From: an uncultured Elusimicrobia bacterium
GTDB taxonomy: Bacteria > Elusimicrobiota > Elusimicrobia > UBA1565 > UBA9628
NCBI GenBank assembly: GCA_965283875.1
Contig: CBDIQC010000001.1
Coordinates: 106,085-170,084 of the forward strand
Direction of reading: 5' to 3'
DNA: 64,000 nucleotides
Positions 49,428 to 56,351 of this stretch are shown piece after piece. Under the pieces are notes generated by a model. That model was given only the letters and a program-made list of their open reading frames with translations, was not told where the DNA came from and ran no database searches. The stretch's first letter is position 1; each line of letters begins with the position of its first letter. A program made the translations under genes and the position numbers.

Positions 49428-50300
49428 GTGACGACGACTTCCTTCGTCCTGCTGCTCGCCGCCGCCGCGTCCGCCCAGCCTCTGGCCCAGGACTTCGAGT
49501 CCGCCCGCGCCGGCCTGTCGCGCCCCGCGACGATGCGCTCCGTGGTGGACCCCAAGGCCAGCGGCGCCTGGTTCCGCAAGGTGGAAAGCGTCGAAGGCCT
49601 CGGCCACGGGCTGCGCGCCGAAGGCGTCCTGCCCTCCTTCCGCGCCGACCCCGGCCGCGACTTCGTCGCGCCGGGCGACTGGCGCAGCGGCCCGCTCGAC
49701 CGCGCCAGCGTCTATATCGGCCTGGGCTCGCGCGTGTCCGAGGTGGACGCGGGCCTGGGCTGGAGCCCCGTGCTCGGCGCCGACGGCCGCCGCACGGGCG
49801 CCTACGCCTACCGCATCTTCTGGCGCGCCGCCCCGCACGGCTGGGGCCAGCCGGACAAAGGCACCCCTGACGACCTGTATTTCGAGCCCGGCGAGCGTTT
49901 CGTCATGACCATCACCGCGCGCGCCGACGGCACCGCGCGCCTCGACATCCGCCGCCCGCGCGACGGGCGCTCCTTCACCAAGGTGTTCCCGGTCGCGGGC
50001 CTGGACCTGCGCGAGCTCGCCTTCAAACGCATCCACTCCATCGACCAGTTCCGCGTGGTGGACGGCAAACGCGACGGCAACGAAGGCCACCCGGCCGCGC
50101 CCACGACGGCGCGCCTGGAGGGGGGGCGCTGGGACGCGGTGAGCGTGCTCACCGCCGCGGGCGTTCGCCCGCTGGCCGGCGCCGACGCGATCGAGGTGCG
50201 CAGCCGCGACACCGCCGCGTCATACCGCGCCCTGTTCGCGGCCGGCGCGCCCTCGGCCGAAGGCGGCGAGCCGATGCTCGTCGTCCCGCCCGCGCCCTAG
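49428..50300 (+). CDS. secreted hypothetical protein
   Basis: 290 aa with a GTG start, signal TTTSFVLLLAAAASAQP and coding-like composition. No family recognised. Confidence 0.5.
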   Translation: MTTTSFVLLLAAAASAQPLAQDFESARAGLSRPATMRSVVDPKASGAWFRKVESVEGLGHGLRAEGVLPSFRADPGRDFVAPGDWRSGPLDRASVYIGLGSRVSEVDAGLGWSPVLGADGRRTGAYAYRIFWRAAPHGWGQPDKGTPDDLYFEPGERFVMTITARADGTARLDIRRPRDGRSFTKVFPVAGLDLRELAFKRIHSIDQFRVVDGKRDGNEGHPAAPTTARLEGGRWDAVSVLTAAGVRPLAGADAIEVRSRDTAASYRALFAAGAPSAEGGEPMLVVPPAP

Positions 50301-50336
50301 GCCTACCGGCCCCTGGCCCCGGCGCTCTCCTTAGTT

Positions 50337-50344
50337 TGTATAAT
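50337..50344 (+). promoter_or_regulatory. extended -10 TGTATAAT, 8 nt before the FNR-like gene start (leaderless layout)
   Basis: tTGTATAATgacacgcgATG. No SD is possible in the 8-nt spacer. Confidence 0.55.
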
Positions 50345-50352
50345 GACACGCG

Positions 50353-51060
50353 ATGCCTTATTCGAAGCGTGACGCCCCGAACTGCGATTGGTGCTCCTTC
50401 CGCAAGAACTGCTTTTACGAGCTGCTCGGCACCAAGGAAGCCAAGAAGGCCTGGCGCGACATGCGCCTGGCCAACCCCTTCAAGCGCGGCGAGGTCGTTT
50501 TCCACGAGGGCGCGGCCCCGCAGGGCGTCTATATCGTCTGCACGGGCAAGGTGAAGGTTTACAAATCCAGCCGCACCGGCCAGCAGCTGACCACGCGCGT
50601 GGAATCCCCGGGCGACCTGCTCGGGCACGTGACCTTCCTCGCCAACGAGGGCCCCTACACCGGCACGGGCGAGGCGCTCGAGCCCAGCGTCGTGTCCATG
50701 ATCGAGAGCCGCTCCTTCCAGGATTTCGTCAACCGCTTCCCGCACGCGGGCTTCGCGCTGATGCGCGAGCTGGCGCGCGACGTGCGCCGCGGCGAGAACA
50801 AGGCGCGTGACATAGCCTTCAAGCCCGCCCGCGGCCGCCTGGCCGACACCCTCATCCGCATGATGGTCCCCAAGAAGCCCTACCCCGTGGTCGCCGGCAT
50901 CAAGCGCCGCGACCTCGCCGAGATGGCGGGCCTGACCATCGAGACGACGGTGCGCCTCCTCAAGGATTTCGAGGAGCGCGAGGTCCTCAAGAAGAAGGAG
51001 AAGGACCTCGTCATCCTGTCGGAAGAGCGCCTGCGCGCGCTCGCCGGCTCCGCCGCCTAA
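50353..51060 (+). CDS. Crp/Fnr-family regulator with an FNR-type N-terminal Cys motif
   Basis: 235 aa with C11-x2-C14-x5-C20 (the same spacing as E. coli FNR C20/C23/C29) plus C63 in the beta-roll. cNMP-like barrel. Recognition helix IETTVRLL retains the E..R of FNR ETISR. Confidence 0.85.
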   Translation: MPYSKRDAPNCDWCSFRKNCFYELLGTKEAKKAWRDMRLANPFKRGEVVFHEGAAPQGVYIVCTGKVKVYKSSRTGQQLTTRVESPGDLLGHVTFLANEGPYTGTGEALEPSVVSMIESRSFQDFVNRFPHAGFALMRELARDVRRGENKARDIAFKPARGRLADTLIRMMVPKKPYPVVAGIKRRDLAEMAGLTIETTVRLLKDFEEREVLKKKEKDLVILSEERLRALAGSAA

Positions 51061-51123
51061 GCGGCGCCCCTGGGCCTTCGGGCCTATCCTCGACGGACGC
51101 CGGGCCCACGCGGCCTGGGACCT

Positions 51124-51151
51124 TTGACCTACATCAATTGAGGTCCATCAA
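51124..51151. promoter_or_regulatory. two abutting FNR/CRP-type boxes
   Basis: TTGAC-ctac-ATCAA (51124-51137) and TTGAG-gtcc-ATCAA (51138-51151), compared with the consensus TTGAT-N4-ATCAA. They lie 100-130 nt upstream of the repeat-peptide ATG. Confidence 0.55.
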
Positions 51152-51252
51152 GCCTAAGGCTTGACCGGACTCATTCTGATGAAAACGACAACACGCTACA
51201 CTGTAGCTGTCGCAATCAACCGATTTAGACGAAACGACACGGAGAAACGAAA

Positions 51253-51506
51253 ATGCTCAACCTGATCCTGACGCTCGCGATGACCTCGACCCAGCCCGCC
51301 GTGACCACCGCCCAGTTCAAGCCCTGCGTGTGGCCCAACGTCTGCAAGACCGTGACCGCCCCGGTCCAGACCGCCCAGTTCCAGCCCTGCGTGTGGCCCC
51401 GATATCCGCGCCGGCTGCCGCCCCGCTCGTCACGATCGAAGCCGCCCCCGCGGTCGCGCAGTTCCAGCCCTGCGTCTGGCCCCGCACCTGCAAGAACCAG
51501 GCCTAA
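51253..51506 (+). CDS. small repeat peptide: leader + 3 x AQF(K/Q)PCVWP cores (needs +1 nt in the C run 51397-51400)
   Basis: GGAG lies 8 nt upstream. MLNLILTLAMTSTQPAVTT-AQFKPCVWPNVCK..-AQFQPCVWP..-AQFQPCVWPRTCKNQA. The corrected frame stops at TAA 51504-51506 and a strong terminator follows. Confidence 0.6.
51310..51482 (+). repeat. three 27-nt direct repeats (51310, 51373, 51456)
   Basis: gcccagttcaagccctgcgtgtggccc / gcccagttccagccctgcgtgtggccc / gcgcagttccagccctgcgtctggccc. The differences are synonymous or K/Q. Confidence 0.9.
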
Positions 51507-51536
51507 GCCTTAGACACCCGGACCAGAAGCCGTGTA

Positions 51537-51570
51537 AACGGCCCCGACCCCTCGGGGCCGTTCTTATTTA
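51537..51570 (+). terminator. rho-independent terminator
   Basis: AACGGCCCCGA-cccc-TCGGGGCCGTT (perfect 11-bp stem) followed by cttattta. Confidence 0.7.
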
Positions 51571-51584
51571 TGGGGGCATCAACC

Positions 51585-51630
51585 AAAGGGACAGGCACTC
51601 TCGTTAATTAACGAAAGTGCCCGTCCCTTT
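51585..51630. terminator. long imperfect hairpin after upp (possible terminator for the minus-strand operon)
   Basis: Outer 15-bp arms AAAGGGACAGGCACT / AGTGCCCGTCCCTTT with one mismatch. They enclose the perfect palindrome TCGTTAATTAACGA. Confidence 0.4.
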
Positions 51631-51636
51631 CGTTAA

Positions 51637-52260
51637 TTAGGTGTTGAAGAGGCGGTCGCCGGCGTCGCCGAGGCCGGGGAGGATGTAGCCGTGGCTGTTG
51701 AGGATGGGGTCCACGGAGGCGGTGAAGATGGGGACGTCCGGGTGGTCCTTGTGGACGCGATCGACGCCTTTTTTGGCGGCCAGCAAGGTCAGCAGGACGA
51801 TTTGTTTGGCGCCGTCGGTCTTGAGGATGTGGATGGATTCCGAGGCCGAGCCGCCGGTGGCGAGCATGGGGTCGCAGAGCACGACGAAGTGGTCCTTGAG
51901 CTTCTTGGGCAGCCGCACGTAGTAACGCACCGGGTTCAAGGTCTGCTCGTCGCGGTACAGGCCGATGTGGCCGATGGCGGCCTTGGGCGCGAGCTGGAGC
52001 AGGCCGGGCGTCATGCCCAGGCCGGCGCGCAAGACGGCGACGAAGGCCAGCGGCTGGTCGAGCACGGTGGCGGGCGCGCTCTTCAACGGGGTCTGCACGG
52101 TCGCCTTGCGGGTGCGCACGCCTTTGAGCACCTCGCAGCCCACGAGCATGGCGACCTCCGACATCAGGCGCCGGAAATCCTCGGGCGCGGTGTTTTTGTC
52201 GCGCAGCGCGGCGAGTTTGTCTTGGACGAGCGGGTGGTCGCTGACATGTAATTTGGGCAT
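51637..52260 (-). CDS. upp: uracil phosphoribosyltransferase
   Basis: 207 aa with the PRPP motif VLCDPMLATGGS and the C-terminal GLGDAGDRLFNT. Confidence 0.95.
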   Translation of the reverse strand: MPKLHVSDHPLVQDKLAALRDKNTAPEDFRRLMSEVAMLVGCEVLKGVRTRKATVQTPLKSAPATVLDQPLAFVAVLRAGLGMTPGLLQLAPKAAIGHIGLYRDEQTLNPVRYYVRLPKKLKDHFVVLCDPMLATGGSASESIHILKTDGAKQIVLLTLLAAKKGVDRVHKDHPDVPIFTASVDPILNSHGYILPGLGDAGDRLFNT

Positions 52261-53567
52261 TAGCGGAGGACCTCCAGGATGATGGGCTTAACGCGAGGCG
52301 CCTTAGGGCCGACGGCCAAGGCCTCGGCGAACAACCTCTCGCCCATGCCGAGGCGCCCGACGTCGTTGGCGTGCAACACGGCGATGGCCTGGCCCTTCTT
52401 GACCGGCTCGCCGACCTTCCGCTTCAGCTCGAAGCCGGCGCCGTAGTCGAGCTCTTGCTCCATATACGCGCGGCCCGCGCCGAGCTGCACCGCCGCCTGT
52501 CCGACGAGGCGGGCGTCGAGGCGCGTGACGAAGCCGTCTTTGGGCGCCGTCACGACGCGGTTGAACTTGGCCTTGGGCAGCAGGCTCGGGTCGTCCACGA
52601 TGGCGGGCTCGCCGCCCTGGGCCTTGATGACGGCCCGCAGCGCCGCCAGGCCGCGCCCGTCCTTGATGGCGCCGGCCATCTTTTCGGCGCCTTCGGCCGG
52701 CGTGCGCGCGAGTTTGGCCAGCGCGAGCATCCAGCCGCCGAGCGCGAGCGTGACCTCGCGATAGTCGGCGGCGCTTTCATCGCCTTGGAGGATCTCGACG
52801 GCCTGGCGGATCTCGAGCGCGTTGCCCACGTAGCGGCCGAGCGGCTGCTCCATGGCGGTGAGCACGGCCACGGTTTTCATGCCCAGGCCCTTGGACGTCT
52901 TGACCAGCGCCTTGGCGAGCTCGCGCGCGGGTTTGGCATCCTTGAAGATGGCGCCGGAGCCGACCTTCACGTCGAGCACGAGCACGTCGAGCTCCTCGGC
53001 GGCCTTCTTCGACAGGATGCTCGACACGATGAGCGGCTGGGCCGGGACCGTGGCGGTGGCGTCGCGCAGCTGGTAGAGCACGCGGTCGGCGGGCGCGAGC
53101 TCGCCGGTCTGGCCGAACAGGCACACGCCGAGCTCGGCCATTTGTTTGCGGATGCGCGGCAGGTCCAGGCGCACGGTGAAGCCGTCGATGGATTCGAGCT
53201 TGTCGAGCGTGCCGCCGGTGTGGCCCAGGCCGCGCCCCGACATCATCGGGACCGCCAGGCCGCAGGCCGCGGCCAGCGGGGCGAGCGCGAGCGACACGCC
53301 GTCGCCGACGCCGCCGGTCGAATGTTTGTCGGCTTTGGGTTTGCCCAGGTCGCCCAGGCCCAGGCGCTCGCCGGAGCGCGCCATCGCGCGGGTGAGCGCG
53401 ACCGTCTCCTTCTCGTCCATGCCCTTGAGCAGCACGGCCATCAGCCAGGCGGAGAGCTGGTAGTCCTTGGCCAGCCCCTGCGCCGCCGCGCGCGCGACGG
53501 CTTCGAGCTCCTCGGGCGTGTGCCGGCCCCCGTCGCGCTTCTTGGCGATGAGGTCGAGGAACCTCAT
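52260..53567 (-). CDS. deoA: pyrimidine-nucleoside (thymidine) phosphorylase
   Basis: 435 aa with KHSTGGVGD and SGRGLGHTGGTLDKLESI. TAATG overlap with upp. Confidence 0.92.
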   Translation of the reverse strand: MRFLDLIAKKRDGGRHTPEELEAVARAAAQGLAKDYQLSAWLMAVLLKGMDEKETVALTRAMARSGERLGLGDLGKPKADKHSTGGVGDGVSLALAPLAAACGLAVPMMSGRGLGHTGGTLDKLESIDGFTVRLDLPRIRKQMAELGVCLFGQTGELAPADRVLYQLRDATATVPAQPLIVSSILSKKAAEELDVLVLDVKVGSGAIFKDAKPARELAKALVKTSKGLGMKTVAVLTAMEQPLGRYVGNALEIRQAVEILQGDESAADYREVTLALGGWMLALAKLARTPAEGAEKMAGAIKDGRGLAALRAVIKAQGGEPAIVDDPSLLPKAKFNRVVTAPKDGFVTRLDARLVGQAAVQLGAGRAYMEQELDYGAGFELKRKVGEPVKKGQAIAVLHANDVGRLGMGERLFAEALAVGPKAPRVKPIILEVLR

Positions 53568-53572
53568 AGGCG

Positions 53573-54403
53573 TTATAACGCGGAGATCAGGTCGGACAAC
53601 ACGACACGCAGGTCGTCGGAGACGCGCGCGCCCAGCGCCAGCACGTCGCCGTGGTTCTGGATGGCGCCGGGCAGGCCCGCGGCCATGTTCGACGTCCAGA
53701 CGATGGCCGCCGTGGTCAGGCCCATCTGGCGGGCGGGCACGACCTCGGGCACGACCGACATGCCCACGACGTCGCCGCCCATGGAGCGGAAGGCCCGGAT
53801 TTCGGCGGGCGTCTCGTAGGAGGGACCGCCGACGGCCACGTACACGCCTTCCTTGGCCGGCACCTTGCGCTTCTTGCAGACCCGGGTCAGGAGCTTGCGC
53901 AGGCGCGGGTCGTAGGCCTCGGTCATGTCCGGGAACATGGTGCCGAACTCCTCCTCGTGGAAGGCGCGCAGCGGGTTGCGGCCCATGAGGTTGATGTGGT
54001 CCTTGACCACGGTGAAGTGGCCGGGGCGCACGTCGGCGCGCATCGAGCCGACGGCCGCGGTGACGATGAGGGTCTTGAGCCCCATGTATTCGAGCGTGCG
54101 CACGGGCAAGGCGATGGACTCCATCGCGTGGCCCTCGTAGTAGTGGAAGCGGCCCTGCATGACGACCACGGACTTGCCCGCGGCGTAGCCGAGGATGAGT
54201 TTGCCCTCGTGGCCCGGGACCGTGGTCCGCGGGAAGCCGGGGATGTCGCGGTAGGGGATAACGATGGCCTTCTTGAGGGGGGGAACGGCTTTGGCCAAGC
54301 CGGAGCCGAGGATGAAGCCGATGTCGGGACGGAAGCCCGGCGCCTTCTTCTTGACGAACGCCGCCGCCTTGCGGATTTGGCCGATATAGCTCTCGATTTT
54401 CAT
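53573..54403 (-). CDS. purine nucleoside phosphorylase (PNP/MTAP family)
   Basis: 276 aa from MKIESYIGQ with GFILGSGL, TVPGHEGKLILG and GGPSYETPAEIR. Confidence 0.9.
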   Translation of the reverse strand: MKIESYIGQIRKAAAFVKKKAPGFRPDIGFILGSGLAKAVPPLKKAIVIPYRDIPGFPRTTVPGHEGKLILGYAAGKSVVVMQGRFHYYEGHAMESIALPVRTLEYMGLKTLIVTAAVGSMRADVRPGHFTVVKDHINLMGRNPLRAFHEEEFGTMFPDMTEAYDPRLRKLLTRVCKKRKVPAKEGVYVAVGGPSYETPAEIRAFRSMGGDVVGMSVVPEVVPARQMGLTTAAIVWTSNMAAGLPGAIQNHGDVLALGARVSDDLRVVLSDLISAL

Positions 54404-54411
54404 GCGTCCCG

Positions 54412-54420
54412 ATTCTACCA
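54412..54420 (-). promoter_or_regulatory. extended -10 TGGTAGAAT, 8 nt before the PNP start
   Basis: Minus strand reads tTGGTAGAATcgggacgcATG. Confidence 0.5.
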
Positions 54421-54564
54421 AATCGCCCATCCAACGCGATGAGGTCAACCCCATCGAACTGGCGCTGGCGCTAGTTCGATGGGCTAAAACCCATCGGCGG
54501 CTCCGGTAATAATTCGAGCGCTTCTGGGCCCTTCGTTCTCTAGCGAACCGAGAAGACTGTTTTC

Positions 54565-54570
54565 TAGAAT
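54565..54570 (+). promoter_or_regulatory. -10 TAGAAT, 6 nt before the transketolase start
   Basis: tttcTAGAATcggctcATG. Confidence 0.45.
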
Positions 54571-54576
54571 CGGCTC

Positions 54577-55413
54577 ATGCCCACCGCCACCAGCGCCCCC
54601 GCCGACCTGAAAACCCTGACGAAGCAGATGCGCGTCGATATCATCCGCATGATCGAGGCGGCCGGCAACGGCCATCCCGGCGGCTCGTTGTCCATCATCG
54701 ATATCCTGACCGTGCTCTACTGGAAGTTCTTGAAGCACGACCCCAAGAAGCCGGACTGGGACGGCCGCGACCGCTTCATCCTGTCCAAGGGCCATGCGTG
54801 CCCGGCGCTCTACGCCGTCATGGCGTATCGCGGCTTCTTCCCCAAAGAGCAGCTCATGTCGCTGCGCAAGCTCGGCTCGCCGCTTCAGGGGCACCCGGAC
54901 CGGCTCCGACTGCCCGGCATCGAGTTCTCGACGGGCTCCCTCGGCCAGGGCCTCTCCGTCGGGCTCGGCATGGCCTGCGCCGCCAAGCTCGACAAGAAGG
55001 CCTTCAAGACCGTCGTCGTGCTCGGCGACGGCGAGCTGCAGGAAGGCCAGTGCTGGGAAGCCTTCATGGCCGCGCCCAAGTTCAAGCTCGACAACCTCGT
55101 CGCCATCGTGGACTACAACGGCGGCCAGATCGACGGCCCCGTCAAAGAGGTCATGGACATCGAGCCCGTGGCCGACAAGTTGCGCGCCTTCAATTGGGAC
55201 GTCCAGGTCTGCGACGGGCACGACCTCGCCGCCGTGGAGAAGGCGCTCGCGAAGGCCTGGTCCGCCGGCAACGGCAAGCCGCAGGCCATCGTCGCCAACA
55301 CGGTCAAGGGCAAAGGCGTCTCCTTCATGGAGCACAACATCGCCTGGCACGGCAACGCGCCCAAGAAGGAAGACGCCGACAAGGCCGTCAAGGAGATCTC
55401 CGATGCCCGCTAA
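54577..55413 (+). CDS. transketolase, N-terminal subunit (split form)
   Basis: 278 aa with GHPGGSLS, the ThDP motif GDGELQEGQCWEA..NLVAIVDYN and SKGHACPALY. Confidence 0.93.
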   Translation: MPTATSAPADLKTLTKQMRVDIIRMIEAAGNGHPGGSLSIIDILTVLYWKFLKHDPKKPDWDGRDRFILSKGHACPALYAVMAYRGFFPKEQLMSLRKLGSPLQGHPDRLRLPGIEFSTGSLGQGLSVGLGMACAAKLDKKAFKTVVVLGDGELQEGQCWEAFMAAPKFKLDNLVAIVDYNGGQIDGPVKEVMDIEPVADKLRAFNWDVQVCDGHDLAAVEKALAKAWSAGNGKPQAIVANTVKGKGVSFMEHNIAWHGNAPKKEDADKAVKEISDAR

Positions 55414-56347
55414 AGCGACGCGCGAATCTTTCGGCGAGACCATCCTGGAGGTCGCCGAGAAGAACCCGAACGTGGTCGTCTTGGACGCCGACCTGTCCAA
55501 GTCCACGATGACCCAGCCGTTCATGAAGAAGTACCCGGCGCGCCACTTCGAAGTGGGCATCGCCGAGCAGAACATGGTCGGCATGGCCGCGGGCCTCGCG
55601 CTTTCGGGCAAAATCCCGGTGCTCACCTCCTTCGCGTGTTTCCTCATCGGCCGCGTGGAATCCATCCGCGTGTCCGCCGCCTACAACCAGACGAACATGA
55701 AGCTCGTCGGCACGCACGCCGGCATCGGCATCGGCGAGGACGGCACCTCGCAGATGGGCCTCGAAGACGTCGCGGCCATGCGCGCGTTGCCGCACATGAC
55801 CATCCTGCAGCCCGCCGACCACGCCGAGACCCAGCAGGCCGTGCGCTGGATGCTCGAGCACAAAGGCCCGGTCTATATCCGCCTCACGCGCCAGAAGATG
55901 CCCGACGTGCACGGCCCCGACTACAAGTGGCAGCCCAACAAGATCGACGTGTTGTGGGAGCCCGCCAAGAAGCCCGCGAAGTACCAGGCGACCATCATCG
56001 CCTCCGGCGGGCCGGTGCCGCACGCCATCGAGGCCGCCAAGGCCGCCGAGGCCAAGGGCTTCGCCGTGCGCGTGGCCAACGCCTCGACCTTGCTGCCCTT
56101 CGACCACGAGGCCGTGGCGCGTTTCGCCAAGGACAGCCAGCGCGTCGTGACCGCCGAGGACCACAACGTGCACGGCGGCCTGGGTTCGGCCGTGTGCGAA
56201 GCCATCGCCGAACACGGCGTGGCCTGCCCCGTCGTGCGCGTCGGCCTGCGCAGCTTCGGCGAGTCCGCGACCCCCGAGCAGCTCTACGAGAAATACGGCC
56301 TGACCGCCCCGGCCCTTCTCGAGGCCTGCCTCAAGAACCTCGCTTAA
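55403..56347 (+). CDS. transketolase, C-terminal subunit (split form)
   Basis: 314 aa with FEVGIAEQNMVGMAAGLA and GTHAGIGIGEDGTSQMGLEDVA. AAGGAG SD and an 11-nt overlap with the N subunit. Confidence 0.93.
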   Translation: MPAKATRESFGETILEVAEKNPNVVVLDADLSKSTMTQPFMKKYPARHFEVGIAEQNMVGMAAGLALSGKIPVLTSFACFLIGRVESIRVSAAYNQTNMKLVGTHAGIGIGEDGTSQMGLEDVAAMRALPHMTILQPADHAETQQAVRWMLEHKGPVYIRLTRQKMPDVHGPDYKWQPNKIDVLWEPAKKPAKYQATIIASGGPVPHAIEAAKAAEAKGFAVRVANASTLLPFDHEAVARFAKDSQRVVTAEDHNVHGGLGSAVCEAIAEHGVACPVVRVGLRSFGESATPEQLYEKYGLTAPALLEACLKNLA

Positions 56348-56351
56348 CGCC

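Noticed and set aside
51310-51482. Three 27-nt direct repeats, considered as a mini CRISPR array or a regulatory iteron.
   Set aside because: There are only three copies and the spacers are unequal (36 and 56 nt). No cas genes are present. The repeats are in frame within an ORF that has an SD and a terminator. Their differences are synonymous, so they are coding repeats.
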